From Pachysolen tannophilus NRRL Y-2460 (Eukaryota): DNA of 64,000 nucleotides. Of the stretch, positions 23,101 to 33,641 are shown one piece after another (the stretch's first letter is position 1; each line of letters begins with the position of its first letter). Position numbers and translations under genes: made by a program. The stretch spans positions 227,559 to 291,558 of the forward strand of contig KV454014.1 in assembly GCA_001661245.1 (NCBI GenBank), in the 5' to 3' direction. The notes beneath the pieces were generated by a model. The model was not told the origin of the DNA. It did not search any database and worked only from the letters and a program-made list of their open reading frames with translations.

Positions 23101-23761
23101 GAAATTTTTACATTCAAAAGGTATTATCCACAGAGATATTAAGTCAGACAACATTTTACTTTCTATGGATGGTAATATAAAAATAACAGATTTTGGTTTC
23201 TGTGCTCAGATCAAGGAATACAATTTGAAGAGAACTACCATGGTAGGTACTCCATACTGGATGGCACCTGAAGTTGTTTCTAAGAAAGAGTACGGACCTA
23301 AGGTTGATATTTGGTCATTAGGTATAATGACAATAGAAATGATTGAAGGTGAACCTCCATATTTGAATGAAACTCCATTGAGAGCGTTATACTTGATTAC
23401 TACAATTGGAACACCAAAATTAAATGATCCGGATTCTTTATCAAGTAGTTTGAAGAATTTTTTGAATTGGTGTTTACAAGTGGATGCTCAAAAAAGAGGT
23501 ACTGCTGAAGAATTATTAAATGATAAATTTATATTGAATGCTGATGAATGTATTTCTTTGTCACCTTTAGTCAAGTTAGCCAGAATGCAAAAGCTAGCTG
23601 AAAGGGCTGAAGAAGAGGAAGATGAGGGTGATGAAAGAGAAGATGACGAAGAAGATGAAAACGGAAAAAGAGGCGATGAAGATGATGAAGGTGATGAAGG
23701 TGATGACGATGAAGATGAAGATGGTGATGATGATGATAATGATCAGTTAATGACTGGGTAA
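20180..23761 (+). CDS. STE20: PAK-family kinase Ste20
   Basis: [18 protein letters not shown], kinase domain [10 protein letters not shown]...IHRDIKSDN...DFG...[10 protein letters not shown]-beta-binding [10 protein letters not shown]; no PH domain, so not Cla4. Confidence 0.95.
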   Translation: MSSAITNQNNENINSEGNDATADLGSKNNIDPQSKTTVVSPTSLPRFRGTLHVNALTSRENELINNLKYSELLGNKVNEISQSEDGEEDGLISPLEERHRSKTLDPSKLENTDDFLESSGVDDENLSTDLENSTNLEQDSLRFSGEDEEEEEEFFAEENDISLGTANQAEFVSSKVSSHSVKVSNSSNDIRPFLNSNHTSATSATPNSTAPTGAPAGDTTPDDTTTAAVAITTTNTTDNTTTTIHGNASPSLSEEKNKAGPISRNSNANSYTYPRDSSHSGQVNQIIDSFLQSSSNNSSTDNITDSISIPSQNIEGLNRSLNNENAEEEQSEQDVEEEPVNAHNGTPEPEADLSNNTIETTVVPKSPYAEKNSKTRNSSLLSSTMSTDSQIPVTPYLQQIQEFGNNNTSSTTKNSLSNNSITASAGASTPNKSGYASPINLKNSGYHSPKAQLPTSQNNLTVNNNNFSNNSVNGSSMKKRRSGSKVRGVFSNLVQSMKSGSSNASDTKRESPKISTPYDAKLVRHVGIDKQTGRFTGLPDEWVSILSASGISKMEQEENPEAVMTAFKFYKDVYNNETPDDVAFHKMDNVKTNERISIKTPLNQTGEFSALSSNTENITGNDHLTSDFQSAPYKSPSLNLQKSQNSPKHEDLKSPYRYTDTNASDSFIPSRPPPKPPASSKAPSPRVPAVLSSPPTMSALPQQPQPIQQSPSSIFGSISRKISVRSNSSHQRQTPSTVSSQVYQQNSQKGNNIQLSSPHQLSSNQNLKPSRPPPPVPSKSNESEKVLLRQQQQQQQQLPERIPPPHEFERSVHLPPPIPKNDNKPVRDSKQAALIAARRREEKKKKDQLIYAKLTTICTLGDPSRVYRNFVKIGQGASGGVYTAYEVGTNKCVAIKQMNLEQQPKKELIINEILVMKGSRHKNIVNFIDSYLLKKDLWVIMEYMEGGSLTDIVTHSVMSEKQIGVVCRETLEGLKFLHSKGIIHRDIKSDNILLSMDGNIKITDFGFCAQIKEYNLKRTTMVGTPYWMAPEVVSKKEYGPKVDIWSLGIMTIEMIEGEPPYLNETPLRALYLITTIGTPKLNDPDSLSSSLKNFLNWCLQVDAQKRGTAEELLNDKFILNADECISLSPLVKLARMQKLAERAEEEEDEGDEREDDEEDENGKRGDEDDEGDEGDDDEDEDGDDDDNDQLMTG

Positions 23762-24312
23762 TATCGGAGAAAGAAGAATGATGAAAAAAAGTACAAGAAA
23801 AAGAAAAATTTCAAAATTCACTGGGGATTTCGTATTTTTCGAACGTAAATATATTATAGGTTTTCATTTTTTATTTTTTTTATTTTTTTTTTTCTCACTA
23901 TACTTCGGCTCTTTCCTTTAAAAAGTTATTTTAATTATTGGGTTTATGTATTTTGTATTAGTATTTGTAAGTTTAACTTTAGGCTTGTAATTTCTAACTT
24001 AAGTGAATTCATTTATAAATTTGTTTATTATTCAACTGCAATTTAATTGATCCAGCAGTATCAAAAACCTATTATACAAGGGTAAAAAAATGGACAACTA
24101 TTGTACAAAATTAAAAAAATGTCGTTGACACTCTGATATCTGAAGTAATATAAAAGACACTTGAGAAATAAAATAAAATAAAAAAAGAAAAAAAGAAAAA
24201 AAAAAAAAAAAGTAAAGCATTAGTTAATAATAGAATACATATATCAATAACAAAACCTAGAAAAAAAAAAAAAACAGAAACAAAACAACCTTAATTTTTA
24301 TCAACATTTCAT

Positions 24313-25770
24313 CTAATCCCATTCTTCGTTTGGATCAATAGTCACATACTTACTTTGGACAAAAAACAATTTCACCACACTCTTTCCTTTATTAACGAAT
24401 TGATAAAAATTACCCATGGGTATCTCAAATGAACAACCTCTCGTTACAATAAAAACGTTATCACTTACCGTGACTTCCAATAGTCCCTTCACTACGTGGA
24501 ATATGAAATAAGTGTCATCGTTATTTTTCATTGATTTTTGTCCACCAAATGGTATTTCCAACATTCCAGCAGCCGAAAATTCTTTGTCTTGATCAAATAA
24601 CACTGCTAGTTGGAAATCATCATGCTCATTTTTGACAGGGTGCAGATAGTCTTCTTTTGATGGAGCCCACGCTATTACTCTTTCGACTTTATTATCTGAG
24701 CCTGGGCCTTCAAAAACCTCTGCTTTCAATGAACCATCCTTATACCATTCTGAACCACTGACTTCTGGATCCGATTCGTATTCAACTTCCACTGATCCTC
24801 CGTTTGTTGTTGATTTATCTATTTTTTTCGTATGGGCACCAGACGTTATTGTCTTACGGTTAGTATGTGATCTATTCCGTACAATTTTTTCTGGTTCTGG
24901 AACATGAACAATTTTTTTCACTTGATTCACAATTGTATCATTTTCCTTTCTGGCTTCATAAATTACTTTTTCATTTCTCCACCATGCTAAAGCAGGTATT
25001 TTTGTTCTAGATGATCTTCTTATAGGTTCTGTATCTGAAGTTATTGGTTCTGATGGTAATCTTTGCCTTGTTGTTGTTGTTGTTGCTGTTCTTTTTGTTG
25101 TACTAGTTTTCAGTTTAGAATTATTAGATTTTGGCTTTATTGGTGAATTTTTATTAGATTGTCTTTTTGATTTTTTAGCTATAAGTTTTTCTGTTTCTAA
25201 ATTTTGTCTCAGATCTTCAAAATCTGATTCATCATCTGCTTCTTCATCGCTTTGATTATTTTCATTATCTGAAATATCTATTTTTCTTTTCTTATTATTT
25301 TTACCTAAAGCTATTTTTTTAGTCATTGAAGCAGATTTTTTATCTGTTTTTGAATTTATGGGACTTAAAGTTTCTAAACTTCTTAAATAATGATCTGAAG
25401 CAATTGGTGATGCAGGTTCAAATATATCATTAGATTCTCTATGATTTACATCCAATGCAGGTAATAAAGGAGATTCTGTTTGTTTTCTTTGTAAACTCTT
25501 TCTTGGTGATTTTCTTGGTGATGATCCTGATCCTGAGGTTGTTAAATTTAAATTTTTTTCAGGTGATTTTTTAAAACTTAATTTTCTTGCCAAATTCCTA
25601 TCTTTCCCATTTCTTGATGATCTTTCCTGTTCAGCATCATCATCAACACTGCTATCCTCTTCAACAAAAAAATCATCAATATCTTCCATTCCATTGACAT
25701 CTTTTTTAGTATTTTGTTTTGCCCTCAAACCTGTCTTTCGAGATACCTGCCCTAAATTCATATAATCCAT
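24313..25770 (-). CDS. MIF2: Inner kinetochore protein CENP-C
   Basis: N-terminus MDYMNLGQVSRKTG...GMEDIDDFF, CENP-C motif RRSSRTKIPALAWWRNEKVIY, C-terminal cupin (GCSFEIPMGNFYQFVN). Confidence 0.93.
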   Translation of the reverse strand: MDYMNLGQVSRKTGLRAKQNTKKDVNGMEDIDDFFVEEDSSVDDDAEQERSSRNGKDRNLARKLSFKKSPEKNLNLTTSGSGSSPRKSPRKSLQRKQTESPLLPALDVNHRESNDIFEPASPIASDHYLRSLETLSPINSKTDKKSASMTKKIALGKNNKKRKIDISDNENNQSDEEADDESDFEDLRQNLETEKLIAKKSKRQSNKNSPIKPKSNNSKLKTSTTKRTATTTTTRQRLPSEPITSDTEPIRRSSRTKIPALAWWRNEKVIYEARKENDTIVNQVKKIVHVPEPEKIVRNRSHTNRKTITSGAHTKKIDKSTTNGGSVEVEYESDPEVSGSEWYKDGSLKAEVFEGPGSDNKVERVIAWAPSKEDYLHPVKNEHDDFQLAVLFDQDKEFSAAGMLEIPFGGQKSMKNNDDTYFIFHVVKGLLEVTVSDNVFIVTRGCSFEIPMGNFYQFVNKGKSVVKLFFVQSKYVTIDPNEEWD

Positions 25771-26136
25771 TGTCTATTCATATAATCGGTCAATTGTTAT
25801 ATATATATATATATGATATTTTTTTCCACAACAAAAACAAGGATTCAATATAATCTCTTTTCTACTTCTTCTTTCCCTATTGATCCTTTCTCTTAATTAA
25901 AACCAGGTCCTCTCTTTTTTTTTTTTAATATATATATAATTTAGTTAGTTTTGTTTATTTATTTTAATTCGGCTTATTATTTAAAAAGAAAGCGCGTTTT
26001 ATAAAACAAGAAGAAAAAACAAATTAGTTTAAAACAACACGACCCAAATAAAAGTTTCAAATCCATTTATACAAAAATACTATAAAGAGTTAATCTATAC
26101 TTGAAAGAAGAAGAAGAAGATATTGGAAGATTTGAA

Positions 26137-26877
26137 TTATTCTTCATCTAGATCTAAATCTTCATCTTGATCTTTATTCAATTCGAATGTTGTAACTTTT
26201 TGTTCATTACCATCGTAATAACCTAACATTTTAACTTTAAATTCACTTGCAGCAATACCAAAAGTTTTCAAAATCAATGCTTGTCTTACATCACATTTCT
26301 GTCCCTTTTCAATGACTTTGTAAGGTTGTTCCAAGAAGACTTTACCTGCTTTAATTTTTGTTGGTATTTTGAATTTATTTCTCATAGTTTCTTCCATTGA
26401 ATGTGACATTGGAACATCTTCTTCAATAGAAATTTGTCCACCTCTAGAATAAATTATACCTTCTGGAATAATAAAAGTTATTGGTGATTTTTGGTTTGCC
26501 CTAGTGAAATCAGATTTGACATATGCTGTAAAATATGCTTTTACTACTTCAGGTTCTTCATTTGTAAATAATAATCCAGAAACACCTGTAGTAATTTTTG
26601 ATAATTGAGATAAATTTTCCTTATATTCTTCTTCTCTAGTGGTCCCTAAAGCCTTATTCAATACTTTACGTTTCCCCAAAATCAACTTCGAACCAGTCCA
26701 ATCAGTCCTTATATCTTGTAACACAGGTGTTCTAACATCTGTTAAAAGTAATACCCAACAATATTTAAATTCATCTAAACCAGACCTAACTTCATCAAAA
26801 ATTCTTTCCTTATTCCCATGACCTTTTTTCTCAGTCTGAGCAAGAGTCACAAGCTTCGAACGCTTAGATCTAGGCAT
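26137..26877 (-). CDS. MRT4: Ribosome assembly factor Mrt4
   Basis: MPRSKRSKLVTLAQTEKKG, DVRTPVLQDIRTDW, YSRGGQI...VPMSHSME. Confidence 0.96.
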   Translation of the reverse strand: MPRSKRSKLVTLAQTEKKGHGNKERIFDEVRSGLDEFKYCWVLLLTDVRTPVLQDIRTDWTGSKLILGKRKVLNKALGTTREEEYKENLSQLSKITTGVSGLLFTNEEPEVVKAYFTAYVKSDFTRANQKSPITFIIPEGIIYSRGGQISIEEDVPMSHSMEETMRNKFKIPTKIKAGKVFLEQPYKVIEKGQKCDVRQALILKTFGIAASEFKVKMLGYYDGNEQKVTTFELNKDQDEDLDLDEE

Positions 26878-26981
26878 CTTTTTTTATTTTTATTTTTCTT
26901 TCTCAAAAATTTCAACAACCAGAAAAAAAAAGTATTATTATATTATCTTTAATACCCCAAAAATACTCTATGTGAAAAAAG

Positions 26982-26992
26982 TGAAAAATTTT
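26982..26992 (+). promoter_or_regulatory. RRPE element in the MRT4 promoter
   Basis: TGAAAAATTTT ~105 bp upstream of a ribosome-biogenesis gene. Confidence 0.55.
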
Positions 26993-27378
26993 TTATATAC
27001 AAAAATTTTTAGAAAAAAAAATTTGTATCAGAAGAAAAAGAAAAAAAAAAAGAGAAAGAGATGATCTGCCAATTCGGTTTTATAAATAAAAACATTTACG
27101 TGTCAATGAATTTTTTTTTAAAATTTTTAAATTTTTTTGTAACGGCGCTCCACTACCTTTTTTTTTTTTTCTTTGTGTGAAAGATTGTAAATCGCCACTG
27201 GTTAAAAAGCCATCATAAAAAATATATAATTTATAATATATATATTTATATATATATATATATGATAATAAATAGATTTTTATAATTATTCATATTAGTT
27301 TCAATCCTTTTTATAAATAATAATTTTTTTTTTTTTTTGCTTTCTTAGAAGTGGGATATTGATTGCTCCATTGAATTG

Positions 27379-27491
27379 GTAAGTTTTTCTTTTTTTTAAT
27401 TTTAATTTTATTAATTTATTAATTTATTTTTTTTGTATTATGTATTTTGTTTGTTATAAGGCCCTTTGTTACTAACTTGACTAGAAATTAG
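27379..27491 (+). other. Probable 5'-UTR intron of UFD4
   Basis: GTAAGT at 27379, T-rich body, perfect TACTAAC at 27470-27476, TAG acceptors ending at 27484 or 27491; no ATG immediately upstream. Confidence 0.65.
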
Positions 27492-27631
27492 CATTTTTAA
27501 ATTTTTAAAATTTTATTTTTTTAATTTTTTAATTTTTGAATTAATAAATAATCAATCCATAATATTATTAATTTGAATTATATACATTGATTGATGTTAT
27601 ACTGAATACTTTTGAGTTTGCGTTTAAAATC

Positions 27632-30600
27632 ATGCCCAGAAGATCGTCAAAATCAAGTATTGACTTTGGTAGTAGTAATAGTAAAGTTGTTGTTGATAGT
27701 ACGGATAGCAATATTACCAAAGCCGCACAGTTAAATAATAAAAGACAAACAAGAAGTGATTCAAATGGGAATAAGAAAAATAATGGTAAGAATCATCATC
27801 AATATAACAAGAACAATGAGGAATTGGTAGTTCCGACTTCAACTATAGATAATCAAAATGAAAAAGAAAAATTGATTAAAACTGAAGATATAGACATGAA
27901 TGATGATGAACAAGAACAAGAACAAGAACAAGAAGAATATGAGGATCAAGAGGATCTGCAAGATAATAGCGACTATGACGATGATGAAGATGAAGATGAA
28001 GAAGAAGAAGAAGAAGAAGATGAGGAAGATGACGAGGATGCAACTTTAGCAAGATTATCTGAACATTACAAGTCTTCAAGATCGGCAAGTTATGTAATGG
28101 ATCGTGACGATGAAGAAGAAGAAGAAGATGATGATGATGAAGAAGAAGAGGAAGATGAACAAGCCCAGCGCTCCAGTACAAGCTACGATGCCGATGGTGA
28201 CTACGATTCCGACGGAGACGAGTTGATGAGATCAGTTGATGGCGGTTCTCAAAGACAAGCAAGACAAATGAGACGTAGAAGGGATAGTGCCAATAATACA
28301 AGTGGGGAAGGTCTTTCCGATGAAAACTATTTAGAAGACGCTTTTGAAGAAGCGTTGCACGCTGCTGCTGCTAGGCATCGGCTGGCAGATCACAGAGCAA
28401 CCAATGGCTTGGATTCAGAATATCCTCAAGATGATGAAGACACTGAAGAAAGAGAATCAAACGAAACTTTAAGGGCCCACCGTGGCGGTGGAGCAGGAGG
28501 AGCCGGAGGAACAGCATCAGCATCAGAATCGGCATCGGCATCAGCGGCAGCAGCAGCAGCGGCGGTAGCATCAACAGGAGGTGTAGGTGCAGGCACTGCT
28601 GCAGGATCTGCATTGGGTGTTCTGGGATTAAGTGGAGGTGCACCTAACCCTTTAACTGAAAACTTGGGACGTATGTTTCCTGAAGCCTTGGGTCTTTTCG
28701 GAGGTGGAGGAGGTTTTGGAGATAACGGAATGAGAATTTCAGCATTAGTAGATGGTTTAAGACGTCGTGACTCTTCATTCTTGGTCTTGGAAAATTTAAA
28801 TGAATTATCAGAAAGAATCTTGATGATGAATGGTATATCAGCTGAACGTTATTTACCAGTATACAGATTATCACAAAATTTGGTGGATATATTACAGGAA
28901 ACACTGTTTCAAGAAGATTTGGAATTACAACTAGTAACATGTCGTTGTATGTATAATTTGTTGGCAGTCAATGTTGAATTTACAAATGAACTTGTATGCT
29001 GTGGCGCACTTGAAGCTTTACAATCAAAATTATTCGAAATCAGTTATATCGATTTAGCGGAACAAGCATTACAAACTTTAGAAATGATGTCAAGAGTTAG
29101 AGGAAGAGATATAATGAGGAAAAATTGTTTATCAGCTGTATTACAATATTTAGATTTTTTCACAATTCATGCTCAAAGAAAAGCATTAATAACAACTGCA
29201 AATTCTTGTCAAAGCATAGATTTGGACAGTTTTGAAAAAGTAAAAGAAATCTTCCCTACAATTGAGGGTGTTGCATGTGAATATTCAGATTCTATTTCAG
29301 TGGAAAATGCTTGGTTATCCATAAGTAGAATCATTCAAAGTTTTAGGAGAAAACCTGAATTTTTAGAAGAATTAATAAAACCTCAATTGTTGATAAGATT
29401 ATGTGAAATATTACCTTCATCTGCTGGTAAGGGAAGAAATACTTCAACAAATCTATTAAGTTTTAGTACCTCGTTAAAATTATTGACATCGTTATCTATA
29501 TTAGCAAACATTTCATCAAAATTGGCAATAATGATTATAAAAGATTGTCAAATAGGGAAAGTTATAAATAAAACTTTTGCAAATTATGATTCCCATTCAA
29601 AAAATGATGAAATTTTGTCTGCTTCAACATCAGCATCAGCATCAGCATCAGAAGCAGATCTAATAACCACAACTGTGGCAGACAAAAAAGACGTTGAACG
29701 GTCTATAAATACTTCTAGCGTAAGTATAGAAGCTTTAATGTCTGCCCCAAAAGACTTAATTTTAAGTTTTATCAAATTAATTTGTTTGTTATTGCCATAT
29801 TTAGAAGAAAATACAGATTCACAAGATTTCAAATCCCCATTTGAAGTAAGTATTGGTGGATTTTATTCTACAACTAAAAATGAAATTAGAGAAAAAATAA
29901 AAGAGGAAAAAACTATAGTTTACAAAGAAAATTTTCTGGTTTTTGCAGAATTTATCATTGATGTATTTCCAATATTATTAAGCATTTACTCATCGACTGT
30001 CGACTACAATGTTCGGCGTATTGTTTTAATTGATTTATTAAGAATAGTCAATTTATTGACCAAAGAACAATTAGAATCAACTATTTTGAAATCTAATATA
30101 ACAAATTTATTAGCATCTGTTGTCATACAAAGTAAAAGTATTATTCGCCGTGAATTATCTAGCTCCATTTCAGGGTCGGATCCTAAATTAGATCAAGTGT
30201 TATCAAGTTTTAAAAATTCAAACAAATTGCATCCGTATATTTTATTACTTGGTTCATTACTTCTTACTCAGCATTTATGTAACAAAGCTCCTACATCATT
30301 TTTGAATGAATTTGAAAGGGAAGGATTGTTAGCAGATGCATCAGAATTATTGAAAACTTTGAAATCAGATGAAGAGATTTTGAATAATTTTGAAGAACAG
30401 GAAAAGAAAAATCGCACTAGAAGGAATAGTGTTCATTTCGATGAAGACTTTTGTGAGCTGGCTGCTGATAATCAAAGTTCTCATGAAGAAGAACACGAGA
30501 GCAGTCAAGAGGAAGGAGATTATCAGTATGAAGATGGCGCCCACCACAGTGAAGATGATGGAGAAGATGATCCTTTCTCCATGGAAGAAGATGAAACAAA

Positions 30601-33253
30601 TTCCCCACCACCTACATTAAGAAATACTTCATTACTGTTTTCTGTTAATATGTATAGATCATTTGACGATAATGCAATCACATATGATAACTTGTCAATG
30701 ATAACTTTACCAATAATTTTAAGAGATTTGATTAAAGTTGCATCAGAAATTCAAATTCAATACGAAAAATTGAAAGCTTCAAATTCATCTAATGTTCTGC
30801 TTCATATGATGCTTTTGGAACAACTTTCAAGTATTTTATCAAATTCAAGTAAGTTGGTTGACTTAGGTTATGATGATTGGGTAGATATATGGAAAACTTT
30901 AAGCAGAGCTTTAGGTGATAATGTTTCAAAACTTTCAACTATATCCAGTTTTGAATTAATTTCATCTGGAATTGTCGAATTGTTATTATCCTTGTTTAAA
31001 TCTGATATTGGTGGGGAAGGAAGTGTTTGTTACAAATCATTTCAACAAACTTTTTGTCAGAGATTTGTTAGGGAGGAAGCAGGAGATGTTCCTATTGTAT
31101 TACTTGTAAACAAATTGCAAGAAGCTTTAACAAGATCCGAATCTTTTGAGATCATAACTTCAGGCTCGCCAAATTTGAACTCAGTTATACTTTCTTCTGG
31201 TTCTCAATCAAATCTCAACAATACAATAGCTACAGTAATGGCCAAACAAATCAAGATTAGACTTGTTTCTGCTGATGATAATGTTCCTGAAAATTCTCAA
31301 CAAATGATACTTGCTGTTCAAGCAATAGCAACATTTAAGAGCATTCATACATTTTTGAAAAATAGGTTTGAAACTTTAGATCAATTATTGAGATTGCGTG
31401 ATTTTCAGCGTCTTAGATCAGGGTCTGGTAATGAGGTTTCCAATTTTCCTTTGGCAAAAATGAGTAGAAATCAATTTCACATTGAGTTTCTAATTGATGG
31501 AGAAGTTGTTCCTCACGAAACAACAGTTTATGGAGCAATCTATAGGTCATTGCAGAAAGAACCAAATGAAACTGTTGACCCAAAGTTAGTTTGGACCAGT
31601 CAGCCCCATGTTATCAGATTTCGTGAGGTAGCTGGTTCTGTTCCCAAAGAAGAGGAAAATGAAGAATGGTATCCATACGATACATCTAAGGAGGAATTAG
31701 AATCTATGAAAGACTCGTCTACTATTAATATATTGGAATTGTTGAAAATATTGTTTGATATGAATAGATCATATAAGGATTCAGGTTCATCATCTACTTT
31801 GTTCATAAATTACAAATTAACTGCTAAGTTGAACAGACAGTTAGAGGAGCTTTTAGTCGTTGCCAGCGGCACATTACCTGGATGGAGTGTGCACATAACT
31901 AGGAAATTTCCATTTTTGTTCCCAACTGAAACTAGAATGTTTTTTTTACGTTCGACTTCATTTGGTTATTCAAGATTGATCCAGCAATGGCAAATGAGAT
32001 CTAACCAAGAAGATGAAAATTCGAACTCATCAAACTTAAATTCTTTACAATTGGGCAGACCTTCCAGGCACAAAATTAGAATTTCTAGAAAGAACTTATT
32101 ACAGTGCGCTATCAAGGTTTTAGATTTGTACGCCACTATTCCTAGTTTGATTGAAATTGAATATGTGGATGAAGTTGGTACTGGTTTGGGTCCTACATTA
32201 GAATTTTATGCAAATGTCTCAAAAGAGTTTTCTAGAAAAAAAGTAAGATTATGGAGAGAAGATGGCGATCAGTCAAACGAATTTGTTAATTACAAGACTG
32301 GATTATTTCCGGTACCAATGGATGATAAGTTCTCAGAGTCAAAAAATGGGGCCAAAATTTTGCAACTTTTTAATATTTTGGGTCGTTTTATTGCCAGAGC
32401 TTTATTAGACTCTAGAATAATTGATTTTGCCTTCAATCCATTGTTCTTTAGTATTGCCAAGAATTTTATTGAATCTGATACCAAAAAACATGGGTATCAC
32501 AGTAAACTTGCACTGCTAGAGGAAGTTGAATTAGTTGATCCTGATCTTGCGAGATCTTTGAGGCATTTAACCAAATATGTAGAGCAGTATGATAAAGTTG
32601 AAAAGAAAGAAGCAGTTACTGTGGATGGTTGCACCTTGGAGGACTTGTCGTTAACTTTTTCTTTACCAGGATATCCATATGTTGAACTTATTTCTAATGG
32701 TGCTGATGTTCCGGTCAATTCCAGTAATCTTGAAGAATTTATTGATAAGGTTATTGATTTAACTATTGGTTCAGGTGTCCGTTGTCAAATTCATGCCTTT
32801 GTGGATGGATTTTCAAAAGTGTTCCCATACTCTTCGATGTCGATTTTTTCTCCTGAGGAATTGGTAACATTGTTCGGTAATGGGGCAGAAGATTGGTCTT
32901 ACGAAACGTTATTATCCTCTATTCATGCAGACCACGGATATAACATTGAATCAAAATCTGTTGCAAGTTTATTGGAAATTATGTCTGAATTTGACAAAGA
33001 GGAGAGAAGGAAATTTTTGCAGTTTTTAACAGGCTCACCTAGATTGCCAATTGGTGGGTTCAAGAATTTAAGGCCAAATTTAACCGTTGTTTGCAAACGT
33101 AGTGAAGACGGATTAAAACCAGACGATTATTTACCAAGTGTTATGACTTGTGCAAATTATTTGAAGTTACCAGATTACTCTTCTAAAATGGTTATGAAAA
33201 AACGAATTGTTCACGCGTTTAATGAGGGTTCTGGTGCATTTTTATTGTCATAA
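27632..33253 (+). CDS. UFD4: HECT E3 ubiquitin ligase Ufd4 (TRIP12-like)
   Basis: ARM-like region (ISYIDLAEQALQTLE, YLDFFTIHAQRKA) and HECT domain (EVGTGLGPTLEFY, FLQFLTGSPRLP, YLPSVMTCANYLKLPDYS, EGSGAFLLS); divergent from MRT4 as in S. cerevisiae. First ATG at 27632. Confidence 0.95.
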   Translation: MPRRSSKSSIDFGSSNSKVVVDSTDSNITKAAQLNNKRQTRSDSNGNKKNNGKNHHQYNKNNEELVVPTSTIDNQNEKEKLIKTEDIDMNDDEQEQEQEQEEYEDQEDLQDNSDYDDDEDEDEEEEEEEDEEDDEDATLARLSEHYKSSRSASYVMDRDDEEEEEDDDDEEEEEDEQAQRSSTSYDADGDYDSDGDELMRSVDGGSQRQARQMRRRRDSANNTSGEGLSDENYLEDAFEEALHAAAARHRLADHRATNGLDSEYPQDDEDTEERESNETLRAHRGGGAGGAGGTASASESASASAAAAAAAVASTGGVGAGTAAGSALGVLGLSGGAPNPLTENLGRMFPEALGLFGGGGGFGDNGMRISALVDGLRRRDSSFLVLENLNELSERILMMNGISAERYLPVYRLSQNLVDILQETLFQEDLELQLVTCRCMYNLLAVNVEFTNELVCCGALEALQSKLFEISYIDLAEQALQTLEMMSRVRGRDIMRKNCLSAVLQYLDFFTIHAQRKALITTANSCQSIDLDSFEKVKEIFPTIEGVACEYSDSISVENAWLSISRIIQSFRRKPEFLEELIKPQLLIRLCEILPSSAGKGRNTSTNLLSFSTSLKLLTSLSILANISSKLAIMIIKDCQIGKVINKTFANYDSHSKNDEILSASTSASASASEADLITTTVADKKDVERSINTSSVSIEALMSAPKDLILSFIKLICLLLPYLEENTDSQDFKSPFEVSIGGFYSTTKNEIREKIKEEKTIVYKENFLVFAEFIIDVFPILLSIYSSTVDYNVRRIVLIDLLRIVNLLTKEQLESTILKSNITNLLASVVIQSKSIIRRELSSSISGSDPKLDQVLSSFKNSNKLHPYILLLGSLLLTQHLCNKAPTSFLNEFEREGLLADASELLKTLKSDEEILNNFEEQEKKNRTRRNSVHFDEDFCELAADNQSSHEEEHESSQEEGDYQYEDGAHHSEDDGEDDPFSMEEDETNSPPPTLRNTSLLFSVNMYRSFDDNAITYDNLSMITLPIILRDLIKVASEIQIQYEKLKASNSSNVLLHMMLLEQLSSILSNSSKLVDLGYDDWVDIWKTLSRALGDNVSKLSTISSFELISSGIVELLLSLFKSDIGGEGSVCYKSFQQTFCQRFVREEAGDVPIVLLVNKLQEALTRSESFEIITSGSPNLNSVILSSGSQSNLNNTIATVMAKQIKIRLVSADDNVPENSQQMILAVQAIATFKSIHTFLKNRFETLDQLLRLRDFQRLRSGSGNEVSNFPLAKMSRNQFHIEFLIDGEVVPHETTVYGAIYRSLQKEPNETVDPKLVWTSQPHVIRFREVAGSVPKEEENEEWYPYDTSKEELESMKDSSTINILELLKILFDMNRSYKDSGSSSTLFINYKLTAKLNRQLEELLVVASGTLPGWSVHITRKFPFLFPTETRMFFLRSTSFGYSRLIQQWQMRSNQEDENSNSSNLNSLQLGRPSRHKIRISRKNLLQCAIKVLDLYATIPSLIEIEYVDEVGTGLGPTLEFYANVSKEFSRKKVRLWREDGDQSNEFVNYKTGLFPVPMDDKFSESKNGAKILQLFNILGRFIARALLDSRIIDFAFNPLFFSIAKNFIESDTKKHGYHSKLALLEEVELVDPDLARSLRHLTKYVEQYDKVEKKEAVTVDGCTLEDLSLTFSLPGYPYVELISNGADVPVNSSNLEEFIDKVIDLTIGSGVRCQIHAFVDGFSKVFPYSSMSIFSPEELVTLFGNGAEDWSYETLLSSIHADHGYNIESKSVASLLEIMSEFDKEERRKFLQFLTGSPRLPIGGFKNLRPNLTVVCKRSEDGLKPDDYLPSVMTCANYLKLPDYSSKMVMKKRIVHAFNEGSGAFLLS

Positions 33254-33641
33254 TTTTTTTATTTTTATTTTTATTTTTTTTTTTAATCTTTATTTTTGAA
33301 TATCACTTAAGACTTGAAGGTAATTTTGCGGTTTAGTTATTTTTTTTTTATTTTTTATTTTTTGCTTTTTGATATGCATTGGTTTTATATATTTTTTTAG
33401 CGAGAGTTTGCGAATAAACTTGTGTATAATTATTATTCTTAAAATAATCAAGAGATTCGAACAAAAACACATTACTTTTCTTAGGCTATGGAGAAGGAAT
33501 ATAATTCGAAAAATACATATATAAACATATAACAAGAAACAACTATTTACAAACTTTCTATTTCCCTTTCTAAAAAAAAAAATTAGGGACGTGACAAAAC
33601 TATTTACTAAAGTATTTAAAATAAAGTATTAATGAAAAAAT

